Source: Tubulanus polymorphus
Taxonomy: Eukaryota > Animalia > Nemertea
DNA length: 64,000 bases
Reading direction: 5' to 3'
NCBI RefSeq assembly: GCF_964204645.1
Contig: NC_134029.1
Span: 7,838,850 to 7,902,849 of the forward strand
Position numbers and translations under genes: made by a program. The notes beneath the pieces are model-generated. The model worked only from the letters and a program-made list of their open reading frames with translations, did no database searches and was not told the DNA's origin. Shown in pieces: positions 39,900-51,116 of this stretch (its first letter is position 1; every line of letters starts with the position of its first letter).

Positions 39900-40821
39900 C
39901 TAATCGTCCTAATTATTGCAATGCACCGATCAATGTGGTATTGACTATTTCTTGGATCAGGCCTATTCCGACTTGCGGTGATTGGCTTCGGATCATGAAT
40001 CGGCGAACGAACAGCCGGCTAGACGATTTGCCGGGTTTTCGGGTAACCCTTGAACAATTTCGAAGACAACCCCATGCTCTATGATATGATGATAGCATAT
40101 ATGATAGCATAATCATCAGTTTGTATGCATTTATATTTTTTTGATCACCGTCAAATGTCACTGTTATTTCTATATTGTATAGCTACGGCCCTTCGGACCG
40201 GCTTAGCATATATTCACTATCGACTTTGTTTGATAAAATCTATTTGTACTCTAAAAAAGTAAGATTAATTAAGTTTCTATGGTAGAAGATGATACCATCA
40301 TCGACTCTCAGGACGATTTCAGCGAGGAAAATCCCCTGTCTGGTCCCCTCCTAAGTTTCGGAATTTAGTAAAATAGATTCACTTAACAAAAGGTTGGAAA
40401 AATTAATACCTTGTTTCTCCTTTCTGCTGAGCTGCCGCCTATCTTCTATCCTGTGCTACTAAATGCATGATCAATTTTACTATAACGTACACCAGGCAGC
40501 TGATTCAATGGTATTGTATTTTTAAAAATGACCCGCCGGCCGATTATGAGAACGAAGATTTTTGTTGAAGCTGCTAGATTGGTTGTAAGATGTGTTTTGC
40601 AAATATGACTGGATCAATGACACGGTTTATGTTCAATTCTAATGATCGATCAATCCGACATCAAAAATCAATTTCTACATTTTCCAGTTAAATCTGATAA
40701 ACTTTCCATGCGTGGCTTTCATCTAACAATCTCATGATAACTAGACTATTGATTCCATTAGGAGTTTCATTAGTGAATTGATAAGAATTTTAACGGCAAA
40801 ACATCTGGGATTTCTCCTGTT

Positions 40822-40873
40822 TATAAGGCGGCGATGACCGCGTACACCTACCAGTCTGGGATACTACGAGCAG
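40822..40873 (+). promoter_or_regulatory. Candidate TATA box and short non-coding first exon of the SOUL gene
   Basis: ttataagg at about 40822, followed about 50 nt later by donor cag|gtacgt. Confidence 0.4.
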
Positions 40874-40912
40874 GTACGTAAGCATTTATCTTGTCTATTA
40901 CAACAAAATTTC

Positions 40913-41507
40913 ATGACGAATTCTGGCGAAAGTTGCGGATTCGCTACAATCCGGAAACGTGGAAATGCAGACGGTTAACTGTATTTTCAGTTAGATTTGA
41001 AACATGAAGTCTGAGAGTATTCTCACTCTATTTTGAAACCATAATTCACGTGACCAATCTAATCTATTTATTCATTTATATCATTAAAGTACATCAGAAT
41101 GATAAAATCAATACTATTTCTTCGGCCGGTAAACTTTCAACACTCTCTGAAAATAAATATCAAAAAGTGAGAATTGAATTTTAAGGCGTCAGAATTAACC
41201 TGTGCATGGATCGTTATCATTTCCATCAAAGGCAATCTGTCGCCAATACATATGGTAAAATTAAGAAATTCACATGACCTTCGCCCGTGAAAATGGTAAA
41301 TGAAGAATTCTGCCGAAAGTTGCGGATTCGCTACAATCCGGAAAACGTGGAAATGCAGACGGTTAACTGTATTTTCAGTTAGATTTGAAACATGAAGTCT
41401 GAGAGTATTCTCACTCTATTTTGAAACCATAATTCACGTGACCAATCTAATTTATTTATTCATTTATATCATTAAAGTACATCAGAATGATGAAATCAAT
41501 ACTATTT
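40913..41507. repeat. A-B-A duplication: ~200-bp direct repeat (40918-41119 and 41305-41507) separated by a ~185-bp copy of 38498-38699
   Basis: Near-identical sequence read directly; TATTT microhomology at the A/B junction. Confidence 0.92.
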
Positions 41508-42643
41508 ACTGTCGCAGTGAGTGCGGCAATCGCGTGCTGTTATGCCAATGATCAACCGAAGTTCTGTAATGGGCTTGACTGTCCTAAATACGAGGTCGTC
41601 GAAAAAAATAAAGCAAGTACTGTCAAAAAAAAATCCAAAATACTAGAATATTTGAAAATGCATTTCATAGATTTTTTTCTGATGGCAGGATTACGAGCTA
41701 CGTAAATATGCCCCGAGTAAATGGGTATCGACGAGAATAATTGGCATCGAATACAACACGAGCACCATGAGAACAATGTTCATGAAACTATTTAAGTATA
41801 TCTCGGGAGAAAATGCAGCAAGTAAGTGTCTCGATAATCCGCGATTCAAAAAGGGAAGCAAAGTTTATTTTTCATTTGAGTTTTAAGCTCTCGCAGTGAT
41901 GTGTTTTATTGTACTCGCTTAAAACTATTTTCCCGTCCTACCAGTCGAATCTTTACTTAGGTTTTTTAAAGGAATATGGTCAATCGATATGAAACATACT
42001 CTATTTCTATGATTAATCATTATATCCTGGCGCAATCTAAAGAATTCTGCTCCCATTCCAATCCGTAGAACAAAAGATACCGATGACGTGTCCAGTTACC
42101 ACGCGATTCATTGCTGGTGCCGGCCCGGCTTGCGAGAGTAACTTCACCATGTCGTTCTATGTACCGAATACTGATGCTCCTAAACCTACGAATAAGGATG
42201 TATTCTTCACAGAGATGCCAGAAACTTTGATATACGTCAGGTAAATCGTCAGCAAATAATTAGTAGGCTCGTTCATGCGAGGCTTTGAATAGCAAATAGG
42301 CATCCATCTACGCAAATTAATGATCTACAGACCTTGAATTATAGCGTCCAGCAGAAATTGGCTTTTAATCTGCTTGGTGGTGGCAATTGATTATCGCAGC
42401 AACTTCTGTTGATTCAACAAAAATCGTCAAAGATTTTCACCATTACAATCACATATTCAAAATTTTAGGCAGTTTAGCGGTTATTACGTCAGATTCGATG
42501 CTTGGGCTCAGGAAGCGATGAAACTTGCAGAAGCGATCGGAAATGAGAAAGCTTATGACAACAGTTTCTTCTTCACTGCTGGTTACGATGCCCCATTCAA
42601 GCTATTTAACCGACATAACGAAATTTGGTTCCAGTCGAACTAA
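41487..42643 (+). CDS. SOUL/heme-binding protein 2-like, with signal peptide; exons 41487-41612, 41689-41821, 42069-42240, 42469-42643
   Basis: Motifs 'FCNGLDCPKYEV', 'DYELRKY...KWVST', 'FMKLFKYISGEN', 'KIPMTCPV', 'ACESNFTMSFYVP', 'AGYDAPFKLFNRHNEIWF'. Hydrophobic N-terminus. Confidence 0.9.
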
Positions 42644-43219
42644 AGAAATGATTTTTGTTTGCATGTCCATCGAGGAGGTATCAAAAGGTTTTTTTGAAGA
42701 AAATTATCTTTAATTCAAAATGTTTAACCGACTTATTTGGATCTGACATGGAATAAGAATGCACATGCAAGGAGGATAGCTGTAAACAGCGTGAAAACTG
42801 GCATATGGAATTAGCATGATCATTCATAGTACCAATATTTCATGGGTATATATTTATTCAGTATTAATTTCCAAACCTCTACTTGGTATCGAGGATTTTC
42901 TAGACAAACAAATAAATAAACACTTAAAACAATATTCGACTGGATACGTCGTTTTTATTAAAGGCATTTTGGTTTCGAAGGCTTTAAGTTACTACACTTT
43001 CACCAAACTGTAGGGAATTCCAATATAAAGATTGTTTATAAAATCTATTCACTAATAAAACCCAACACTACGATTTAAAATCCATGTATCCCATATAAAT
43101 CAAGACATTTTACAATTTTCGATACAATTTATTCAACAATAAGCCCATCACAACGTTTTGGTATCTGGAACTGAAAATGGAATTGTACACAACGTGTGTT
43201 CTAGCAAATTTACACGAGC

Positions 43220-43390
43220 AGGCGACCTATTAACAGAACTCTCAATCGTCTGTCTCTTTAGCAGCGCTTTCCTCGAAGCAACGAAAAACTTTTGCTAAGT
43301 TTATGGACGTTGCAACGGTCGGATTTCTAAAGCAACAAGCACAAAAACCCCTGAACGAAACAAAAGTGTTGCCGTATATTTTGTCACCCC
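43220..43390 (-). pseudogene. 5' fragment of an HNMT-like methyltransferase paralog
   Basis: DKIYGNTFVSFRGFCACCFRNPTVATSINLAKVFRCFEESAAKE... then frameshift/stop and truncation. The upstream block tacgcaacctgttacacaga is shared with the 45511 copy. Confidence 0.8.
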
Positions 43391-43724
43391 TGATAATAAA
43401 AAGTGCGTTTTTTATATTATGCATTAGCATTCATGATTTTAATCGGATAAGAGGCCTGAATTGTTAAGTCCAATTTAACATTTTGCATATCCGTGGTTAT
43501 TCTACGCAACCTGTTACACAGACGGTATATAGCCGGTATCTATATATCGGGCAAATATCTAACATGAGTCTTATGTCATGGGTAATTCTCTTCAATTAGA
43601 GAACATTTTGGTTGTATCGAAACACAGATAGAACACAGATAGAATTCATCTTGTTATTCCGTCGTCGAGATAAGAATATATTTTTTTGCAATGAATCAAA
43701 AATTTCGAACTGCTACATATTCAA

Positions 43725-44612
43725 CTATTTCCGAGCGATCAGCAAAGTTTCATTTGTATACGGAATTAAAGGAAATCCAACAGTCTGTACTGTATATCTG
43801 CGAATGATATTTTGTACTATAGCGCGTTCGTCATCCGTTAATTTACTGACATCTCTGTCCGCCAAGAACGTTAGGGTATCATCTGCCAATTTACGAATTT
43901 CTTTATCCCATTCACTTATACATGGTCGACTAGGCATCAGAGCGATATGAACTAGCGTTCCAACTTCACCAATTGTATGCGAAAGGGTTTGAGTGTCCGT
44001 TTGGAATAAAACATCATGGGCATTGATGTTCTCTAAACGAGCACGGGGTTCCTCAACAGTACTTTTTGATAAAGCGCTATCGATTTCCTCACGTAAAGTG
44101 ACAACTGATTTGCTTGCATCGAGCGCTATAAATGTTTTACCATTGCTGTGAGTGAGGTGAAATAGCGACCACTCCAGAACAGCAGCAGGATCATCAAAGT
44201 AGAAGCAAACATGCGAAAACACCAATAAATCGTAGAAATTATTCGGCAGAAATGATCCACTATCTTTCGAAAATGGTTGGTTGTGTATATTGTAAGTGAA
44301 GTTGAACTTACTGGCAAGTAAACTCATCCGCTTTTTGAGCTCAACCACCAGATGAGTATTCGGTTCCACGCAATCTATCTGATCAATTTTAACATCACTT
44401 CCAACCGTATACAGCGTGTCCTCCAACATATACCCATGAGCTGAACCTATTGACAGAACTCTCAATCCTCGATCTTCATTAGCAGCACTTTCTGCAAAAC
44501 AGCAACGAAGTGCTTTTGATAAATTTGTGTTCGTCGAAAAAACCGAACCGTCAAAACAACTGCAAAAATTTCTAAAAGAAACGAAAGCATCGCTGAGTAT
44601 TTTGTCGTCCAT
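43725..44612 (-). CDS. Class I SAM-dependent methyltransferase, histamine N-methyltransferase-like, copy 1 (subtype A), intronless
   Basis: 295 aa. Motif I 'LRVLSIGSAHG', acidic beta-2 'IDCVEPN', motif IV 'YDLLVFSHVCFYF'. HNMT-like size and N-terminal 'SFRNF'. Confidence 0.82.
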   Translation of the reverse strand: MDDKILSDAFVSFRNFCSCFDGSVFSTNTNLSKALRCCFAESAANEDRGLRVLSIGSAHGYMLEDTLYTVGSDVKIDQIDCVEPNTHLVVELKKRMSLLASKFNFTYNIHNQPFSKDSGSFLPNNFYDLLVFSHVCFYFDDPAAVLEWSLFHLTHSNGKTFIALDASKSVVTLREEIDSALSKSTVEEPRARLENINAHDVLFQTDTQTLSHTIGEVGTLVHIALMPSRPCISEWDKEIRKLADDTLTFLADRDVSKLTDDERAIVQNIIRRYTVQTVGFPLIPYTNETLLIARK

Positions 44613-44823
44613 GTTATAACACAGGTGATATCCAGCAGTTATGAATGAATTACGTATTCGACCCGATACAAATTTTTTAGAGTCATATCTCGTTCGCGCT
44701 TTATATACGACTGGTAACCTCGCGCAATCAGTTATTCAAAACATGCAGTAAGCAATACATTGAAGTAATGTGAGCAAAATGCAATTTACAGTGATCTCAT
44801 TTCCGTGGAATATCTATTGTGTG

Positions 44824-45026
44824 AACAAACAACGTATATGAACTTAACCTTTCTCTGGAAACCATATCTTTCCACTTGTTTTATTGGCGACCGACCCAAT
44901 AACAGTCGGTCACACGAAGGTCACAACAAACAACGTATATGAACTTAACCTTTCTCTGGAAACCATATCTTACCACTTGTTTTATTGGCGACCGACCCAA
45001 TAACAGTCGGTCACAACAAAGTCACA
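44824..45026. repeat. Tandem direct duplication of a ~101-bp unit
   Basis: aacaaacaacgtatatgaacttaacctttctctggaaacc...ttattggcgaccgacccaataacagtcggtcaca occurs twice. Confidence 0.92.
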
Positions 45027-45510
45027 TTCAGACCCACATTCTGGACAAATTCTTTGCTAAAGCATTTATTTTTGAAGGTTTTAAAGAGATTTACGAACTT
45101 CCAAAACTAGTTAAAGAACATTCCAAGTGCCATCAAGATTACTGTGTGGACGTTTGTCACTAGAATCACCAGGTTCGGGTGAACCTTTATTAGTAACGAG
45201 GAACAAGAAATCAATTTCTTAAGAAGCGTGCGTGTGTTGGTGGAAAATATGAGGGGTATCCTGAATCCCTTGGGATCCCCCTTAAACCCAGCCTTGCACG
45301 AATAATCTATTGTAATCTTCAATTTTGTGTCGAAGATTTTTGAAGACCGGCAAAAGAATTGACACTAAGACGTAACTCGATTGTATATGGCATTTATTTT
45401 GAAGGCTTTAATTAAGTTTCCACGCCTTAAAGTCTGAGAAATCAATACATGTTGCAAATCTGATTTCTAATGTTGCACTATCATTGCGGAAATACCGAGT
45501 ATTTTTTCAA

Positions 45511-46401
45511 TTACTTTCTAGCAATGACAAAGATTTCATTCGTGTGTGGAACTATTGGAAATCCGTAACTTTCAAACGCATATTTACGAATTATATTTTG
45601 TATCGTAACGCGTTCGGCATCCGTTACTTTACTGACATCTGTTTCCGCATAGAAACTCAGGGTGTCATCAGCCGATTTACGAATTTCTTTATCCCGTTCA
45701 CTGATACATGGTCGACTGGGCATCAGAGCGATATGAACTAGCGTCCCAACTTCACCAATTGTATGCGAAAGCGTTTGAGTTTTCGTTTCGGTCAAAACAG
45801 CGTGAATGTCGACGTCTTCGCTACGAGTATGCGGTTTCGTGTCGGTGTTTTTCGATAAGGCGCTTTCTATTTCATCACGTATAGCGACAACTAAACCACT
45901 TGTTTCGATTACAATAAAAGCTCGACCATTTCTTTGAGTGAGTTGAAACAACGACCACTCCAGAATAGCAGCAAAATCATCAAAGTGATAGCAAACATGT
46001 GAAAACACCAATACATCGAAGAAGTTATTCGGTAGAAATGATCCGCTATCTTTCGAAAATGGTTGGTTGTGTATATTGGAAGTGAAGTTGAACTTACTGG
46101 CCAAAAAACTCATCCGCTCTTTAAGCCCAACCACCATGTGAGTATTCGGTTCCACGCAATCTATCTGATCAATTTTAACATCACTCCCAACTGTATACAA
46201 TGTATCTTCTAGCAAATGCCCATGAGCAGGACCTATTGACAGAACTCTCAATCCTCGATCTTCTTTAGCAGCACTTTCTGCAAAACAGGAACGAAGCACT
46301 TTTCCTAGGTTTATGTGTTTTGAGATGGTCGAATTTTCGAAGCAACATGCACAACAGTTCCGGAAAGAATCATAAGCATCGCTGAATATTTTGTCATCCA
46401 T
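45511..46401 (-). CDS. HNMT-like methyltransferase copy 2 (subtype B), intronless; alternative upstream ATG at 46428
   Basis: MDDKIFSDAYDSFRN..., 'VLSIGPAHG', 'DCVEPN', 'FSHVCYHF'; paralog of copy 1. Confidence 0.82.
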   Translation of the reverse strand: MDDKIFSDAYDSFRNCCACCFENSTISKHINLGKVLRSCFAESAAKEDRGLRVLSIGPAHGHLLEDTLYTVGSDVKIDQIDCVEPNTHMVVGLKERMSFLASKFNFTSNIHNQPFSKDSGSFLPNNFFDVLVFSHVCYHFDDFAAILEWSLFQLTQRNGRAFIVIETSGLVVAIRDEIESALSKNTDTKPHTRSEDVDIHAVLTETKTQTLSHTIGEVGTLVHIALMPSRPCISERDKEIRKSADDTLSFYAETDVSKVTDAERVTIQNIIRKYAFESYGFPIVPHTNEIFVIARK

Positions 46402-46719
46402 AATAAACCGACAGTTGATCGTTTTCATACAACACGACGAGGTAGTCGAAATACAAATTTGTGAATACGCAACCTGTTACACAGAATATAACCTACATCC
46501 ATATATCCATATTTTTATTAGTCTCATAGTGCCTGTTCATATCGAAAATAAATTGTAGGGTCTTATTGTCCCTAAATATATTGACCTAAATGAACCAGTC
46601 ATATCAGGTTCGAATTCAGGTTTTCACTTTCTATTTATGAATTTCCAAAGGTTTGCATATTAATGATGCCGCTATAAGCAGAAAACCCGTTATGGCTGTT
46701 TTTAGACGAATTGTATTCT

Positions 46720-46960
46720 TTACCATAACGCATTCGGTTCATGCCACTATATTGACTCCAGTTTCCACGTAGAGAGTCAGGGCATAATCAGCCATGGTTT
46801 TCGCCCTCCACTGATATATATACATGGCCGACTAAGGCACCCAATTTCACTAGCAACTGGATGAAAGTGATTCAGTTTTCGTTATTGCTAAAACAGCTCG
46901 AATGCTGACTTCACCATAACGAGTTTCTTCTGTTTCGTGTCAGTAGTTTTCGATGCATTG
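46720..46960 (-). pseudogene. Heavily decayed methyltransferase paralog fragment (C-terminal half)
   Basis: Residual similarity to the 3' half of the paralogs (taacgcattcgg, agagagtcagggcataatcagcc, catggccgactaaggca, gttttcgttattgctaaaacagc, tttcgtgtcagtagttttcgat). No ORF. Confidence 0.55.
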
Positions 46961-47782
46961 CTTCTTACGTTTTTCGAATTTATTTCATCTTTAAAATTTC
47001 AGAAACGAATATGTGATCTAATAATCGAAGCAGCTATTTGATTAATCTGTTTTTCCCACTTGTTTGTGATCAAAAATTGGAAATAAAGTGTATTGATAGA
47101 CCTTCCACTTGTTTTGAATGCAATAACAGCTCGGCCCATTCTGTGAGTTGATATAAAACCACCCGAAATAGCAGCATACGGAAACTAATTTAAAAATATG
47201 GGTCGCGTCGAAATAAAGAAAGAATTAATCTTGCTATCTCCGTTGTTCAGATATGAATAGATTTTCTTGCAACAAATCAAAATTTCGAACGAGCCTTTTG
47301 TGGTACAGGAAAATTATAAATCAAAAGTTCACAATAACGCCAATAAACCCCATTTATGAAATTATAGGACAGTCATTCATAACGTCACATTTGGCGTTTT
47401 TGTTGAGCTTTTTCAAATTTCACATACGAGTAAGAGATTTTTTTAACATATGTAAATGAAGTAACATTTAAAAACCACATTCGACTGGATTAGAAGATAT
47501 CGTTAAAGGCTTTTATTTTCACACATAAAAAAGATAGTTAGCAACAGTAAGCTTATGTATTTGACACATTACGTAGATATTGATAAATATAACAAATACA
47601 ACAATCACTCTATATACTTTTGATATAACCATCAATTACAATAATAATTTAGAGATAAAAAGGCATTATGAAATGTTGTTGAATTCGTATGCACGAAAAG
47701 TGCACCTAGACATACAGTATAATAGAACGGGAATACAAATTTGATTTTAAATGTCTGCAGTACCATGCACTACTATTACTAG

Positions 47783-48670
47783 TTATTTTCTAGCGATGAC
47801 AAAGGTTTCTACAGTATATGGAATGACAGAAAATCCATAACTTTCAACCGTATGATCACGAATGATATTTTGTATCGTAACGCGTTCGTCTTCTGTTAGC
47901 GTACTGACATCTGTTTCCGAAAAGAACGACATGGTCTCATCGGCCAATTTACGCATTTCTGTATCCCGTTTGCTGATACACGGTCGACTAGGCGTGAGAG
48001 CCACGTGGACCATCGCGGCAACTTGACCAACTGTATGCGAAAGCGTTTGGGTTTTTGTTTGGGCTATAACAGCGTGAATAGTGACTTTTTCACAACGAGT
48101 ATGCGGTTTCGTGTCGGTGTTCTTCGATAAAGCGCTTTGTATTTCATCCCGGATAGTGACATGAAAATCATCTGTTTCAAGCGCGATGAACGAGCGACCA
48201 TTTTTGTTAGTGAGTTGAAATAGCGACCGCTCCAGGATGTTAACAAGATCATCAAAATAGTAGGAAACATGTGAAAACACCAGTAGATCATAGAAATCAT
48301 TCGGTAGAAATGATCCACTGTCTACCGTAAATGGTTGGTTGTGTATATTGTAAGTGAAGTTGAACTTACTGGCAAGTAAACTCATCCTCTCTTTTAGCTC
48401 AATCACCATTTGAGTATTAGGTTCCACGCAATCTATCTGATCAATCTTAACATCTCCAAGTTTATACAACGCTTCTTCTATTATATGCCCATGAGCAGGA
48501 CCTATTGACAGTACTCTTAATCCTCTATTTTCACCAACAGCATTTTCCGAGTAACAGCATTGAAACGCTTTTGCTAAGTTAATGGGTATCGCGAAAGTCG
48601 AATTTCCAACGATACAACCACAGAATCTTCGGAAGGAAGCATAAGCATCGCTGTATGTTTTGTCATTCAT
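47783..48670 (-). CDS. HNMT-like methyltransferase copy 3 (subtype B), intronless
   Basis: 295 aa; 'YASFRRF', 'VLSIGPAHG', 'DCVEPN', 'FSHVSYYF'. Confidence 0.82.
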   Translation of the reverse strand: MNDKTYSDAYASFRRFCGCIVGNSTFAIPINLAKAFQCCYSENAVGENRGLRVLSIGPAHGHIIEEALYKLGDVKIDQIDCVEPNTQMVIELKERMSLLASKFNFTYNIHNQPFTVDSGSFLPNDFYDLLVFSHVSYYFDDLVNILERSLFQLTNKNGRSFIALETDDFHVTIRDEIQSALSKNTDTKPHTRCEKVTIHAVIAQTKTQTLSHTVGQVAAMVHVALTPSRPCISKRDTEMRKLADETMSFFSETDVSTLTEDERVTIQNIIRDHTVESYGFSVIPYTVETFVIARK

Positions 48671-48969
48671 GATAAACCGTCAGAATTGACTTTTCGATAG
48701 TGCAATGAACTAACGCCCAAATGAGAAGACTGTTGTTTGACTTCCTAAACTGGCTTGCTTTTTCAGAGTTTGTTTTTCAGCCAGTGCTGGAGACCTGACT
48801 TACATAACAACAAAAATAGTCATAAGATTTACAACCTCCCAGGGTCTGTGATTTAGATCACGTGTTGCATGCGTTCGCACGGTCGAAAAAGCACGTGACT
48901 ACGAGACCTCTTTATGTGACAAAATAAAAATGTGTACAGTACATCGATTGAGCTTGTATACCAGTATTT

Positions 48970-49060
48970 ATGGTGGCTGATTCGGGACATGTAAAAATTT
49001 TTTTCGTCCTCCACGAAAACGCGCAAAAACAAATCTGACCGCGCAAAATCAAACTTTTTT
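48970..49060. mobile_element. Solo end of the ATGGTGGCTGATTCGGG MITE family
   Basis: atggtggctgattcggga matches the terminus at 17356. Confidence 0.55.
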
Positions 49061-49114
49061 CTTATACATTTTTTACATTTTTATACACGAATGAAACCTA
49101 ATGACAAAATATCT

Positions 49115-49762
49115 TAAAGTTTCATTTGTAGACGGAAAACTGTGCATGGGAAATCCAGGAATTTCTACTGCAAAGACTATAGTGCGTTCGTCGTCGAGTT
49201 TACTGACATCTCTATCCGCCAAAAACGTTGGGGTATCATCTGCTAATTTACGAATTTCTTTTTCCAGTTCACTGATACACGGCAGAGCCAAATGGGCCAT
49301 TGCTCCAACTTGGCCAACTATATACGACAGCGTTTGAGTTTCGGCTAAAACAATGCTGGCCTTTTCACGCTATAACGCTTACACTTACGTCGATTGCAAT
49401 AAAATCTCGACCATTTCTGGGAGTGAGTTAAAATAACGACCATTCCAAAATAGCAGCGAAATCATGGCAAACATGTGAAAAAACAAATAAATCGTACAAT
49501 TAAGTTATTCGGTAGAAATGATCCACTGTCTTTCGTAAATGGGTGGGAGGTGTATATTGTAAGTGAAGTACTGGACAGCAAACTCATCTGTCTTTTTTAC
49601 TCAACCACCAAATTTGAGTATTCGGTTCCACGCAATCTATCTGATCAAGGAGGTGGAAGTTAAAAACAATTCCCTGATCTGATCAACTTTGACATCTTCT
49701 CCAATTGTACACAACGTGTCTGATAAATCATACCCGTGGACTGGGCCTATTGACATTACTCT
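49115..49762 (-). pseudogene. Methyltransferase pseudogene with deletions, an insertion and frameshifts
   Basis: Colinear similarity to the paralogs (..IGPVHG.., DQIDCVEPNTQ, PCISELEKEIRKLADDTPTFLADRDVSKL, TNETL) in broken frames. Confidence 0.85.
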
Positions 49763-50228
49763 GAAAAAAATCATCAATCTATTACACAGGATTATAACTA
49801 CATATTGGGTTTAAACCTGTTTCTCAAATTGTTCACGCAACGGCAGTTTCCAAGACAGTAGTGTCCAATTTCCAAGAAAAATCTAAATAAACGGGTAAAT
49901 AATGCAGTTGTGAATGAATATTTTAAACAAGGAATGAGTGTGAAATATGTTTTTATTTGTGCGCACTATCGGACACTATTATACTCAATATATTATTCAC
50001 TTAAGATGATGAAGGCTCCAACTCTCCTTATCTCTGCATATCCTAGCAACGTGATAACAAAATATACAAACTATTCGCATGCAAAAGGCTTCTAATTGGA
50101 ATGTATCAAAGAATCGGTAGTTCCCCATTTAGAAAACAGTTAAGAATTCATATGATATAAATTTTGCAGTTTTTGATGATTTTCAGTCACAAGGAGAGTC
50201 GATTCTGAATGCACTACTACGTAGTCAA

Positions 50229-51116
50229 CTATCTCCGAGCGATCAGCAAAGTTTCATTTGTATACGGAATTATAGGAAATCCATAACTATCCACAGTATA
50301 TTTACGAATGATATTTTGGACTATAGCGCGTTCGTCATCCGTTAGTTTACTGACATCTCTATCCACCAAGAACGTTAGGGTATCATCTGCCAATTTACGA
50401 ATTTCCTCATCCCGTTCACTACTAATACATGCTCCACTTGGCACAAGAGCGATGTGAACTAATGTTCCAACTTCACCAATTGTATGAAAAAGCGTTTGAG
50501 TTTTCGTTTTTGACAAAAGATATTGGATATTGGTGTTCTCCAGATGAGCATGCAGTTCTTCTGTATTTTCTGATAAAGCGCTATCGATTTCCTCACGTAA
50601 TGTGACAACTGATTTACTAGTATCGAGCGCTATAAATGTTTTACCATTGCTGTGAGTGAGGTGAAATAGCGACCACTCCAGAACAGCAGCAGGATCATCA
50701 AAGTAGAAGCAAACATGCGAAAACACCAATAAATCGTAGAAGTTATTCGGTAGAAATGATCCGCTATCTTTCGAAAATGGTTGGTTGTGTATATTGTAAG
50801 TGAAGTTGAACTTACTGGCAAGTAAACTCATCCTCTCTTTAAGCTCAACAACCATATGAGTATTCGGTTCCACGTAATCGATCTGATCAATTTTAACATC
50901 ACTTCCAACCGTAAACAAAGTGTTTTCGAGAAGATGTCCCTGAGCAGAACCTACTGACAGAACTCTCAATCCTCGATCATCTTTGGCAGCACTTTCTACA
51001 AAACAGCAGCGAAATGCTTTTGATAAATTTCTGTTCGTAGAATAAACAGAACCGGCAAAACAACTGCAAAAATGTTTGTAAGAAACTAAGGCAGCGCTGA
51101 GTGTTTTGTCATCCAT
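50229..51116 (-). CDS. HNMT-like methyltransferase copy 4 (subtype A), intronless
   Basis: 295 aa; 'VLSVGSAQG', 'DYVEPN', 'FSHVCFYF'. Centre nearly identical to copy 1. Confidence 0.82.
   Translation of the reverse strand: MDDKTLSAALVSYKHFCSCFAGSVYSTNRNLSKAFRCCFVESAAKDDRGLRVLSVGSAQGHLLENTLFTVGSDVKIDQIDYVEPNTHMVVELKERMSLLASKFNFTYNIHNQPFSKDSGSFLPNNFYDLLVFSHVCFYFDDPAAVLEWSLFHLTHSNGKTFIALDTSKSVVTLREEIDSALSENTEELHAHLENTNIQYLLSKTKTQTLFHTIGEVGTLVHIALVPSGACISSERDEEIRKLADDTLTFLVDRDVSKLTDDERAIVQNIIRKYTVDSYGFPIIPYTNETLLIARR

Noticed and set aside
44126-44317. Apparently conserved alternative-frame ORF, also at 50630-50821 and 48064-48318
   Set aside because: By-product of high nucleotide identity between paralogous methyltransferase CDSs.
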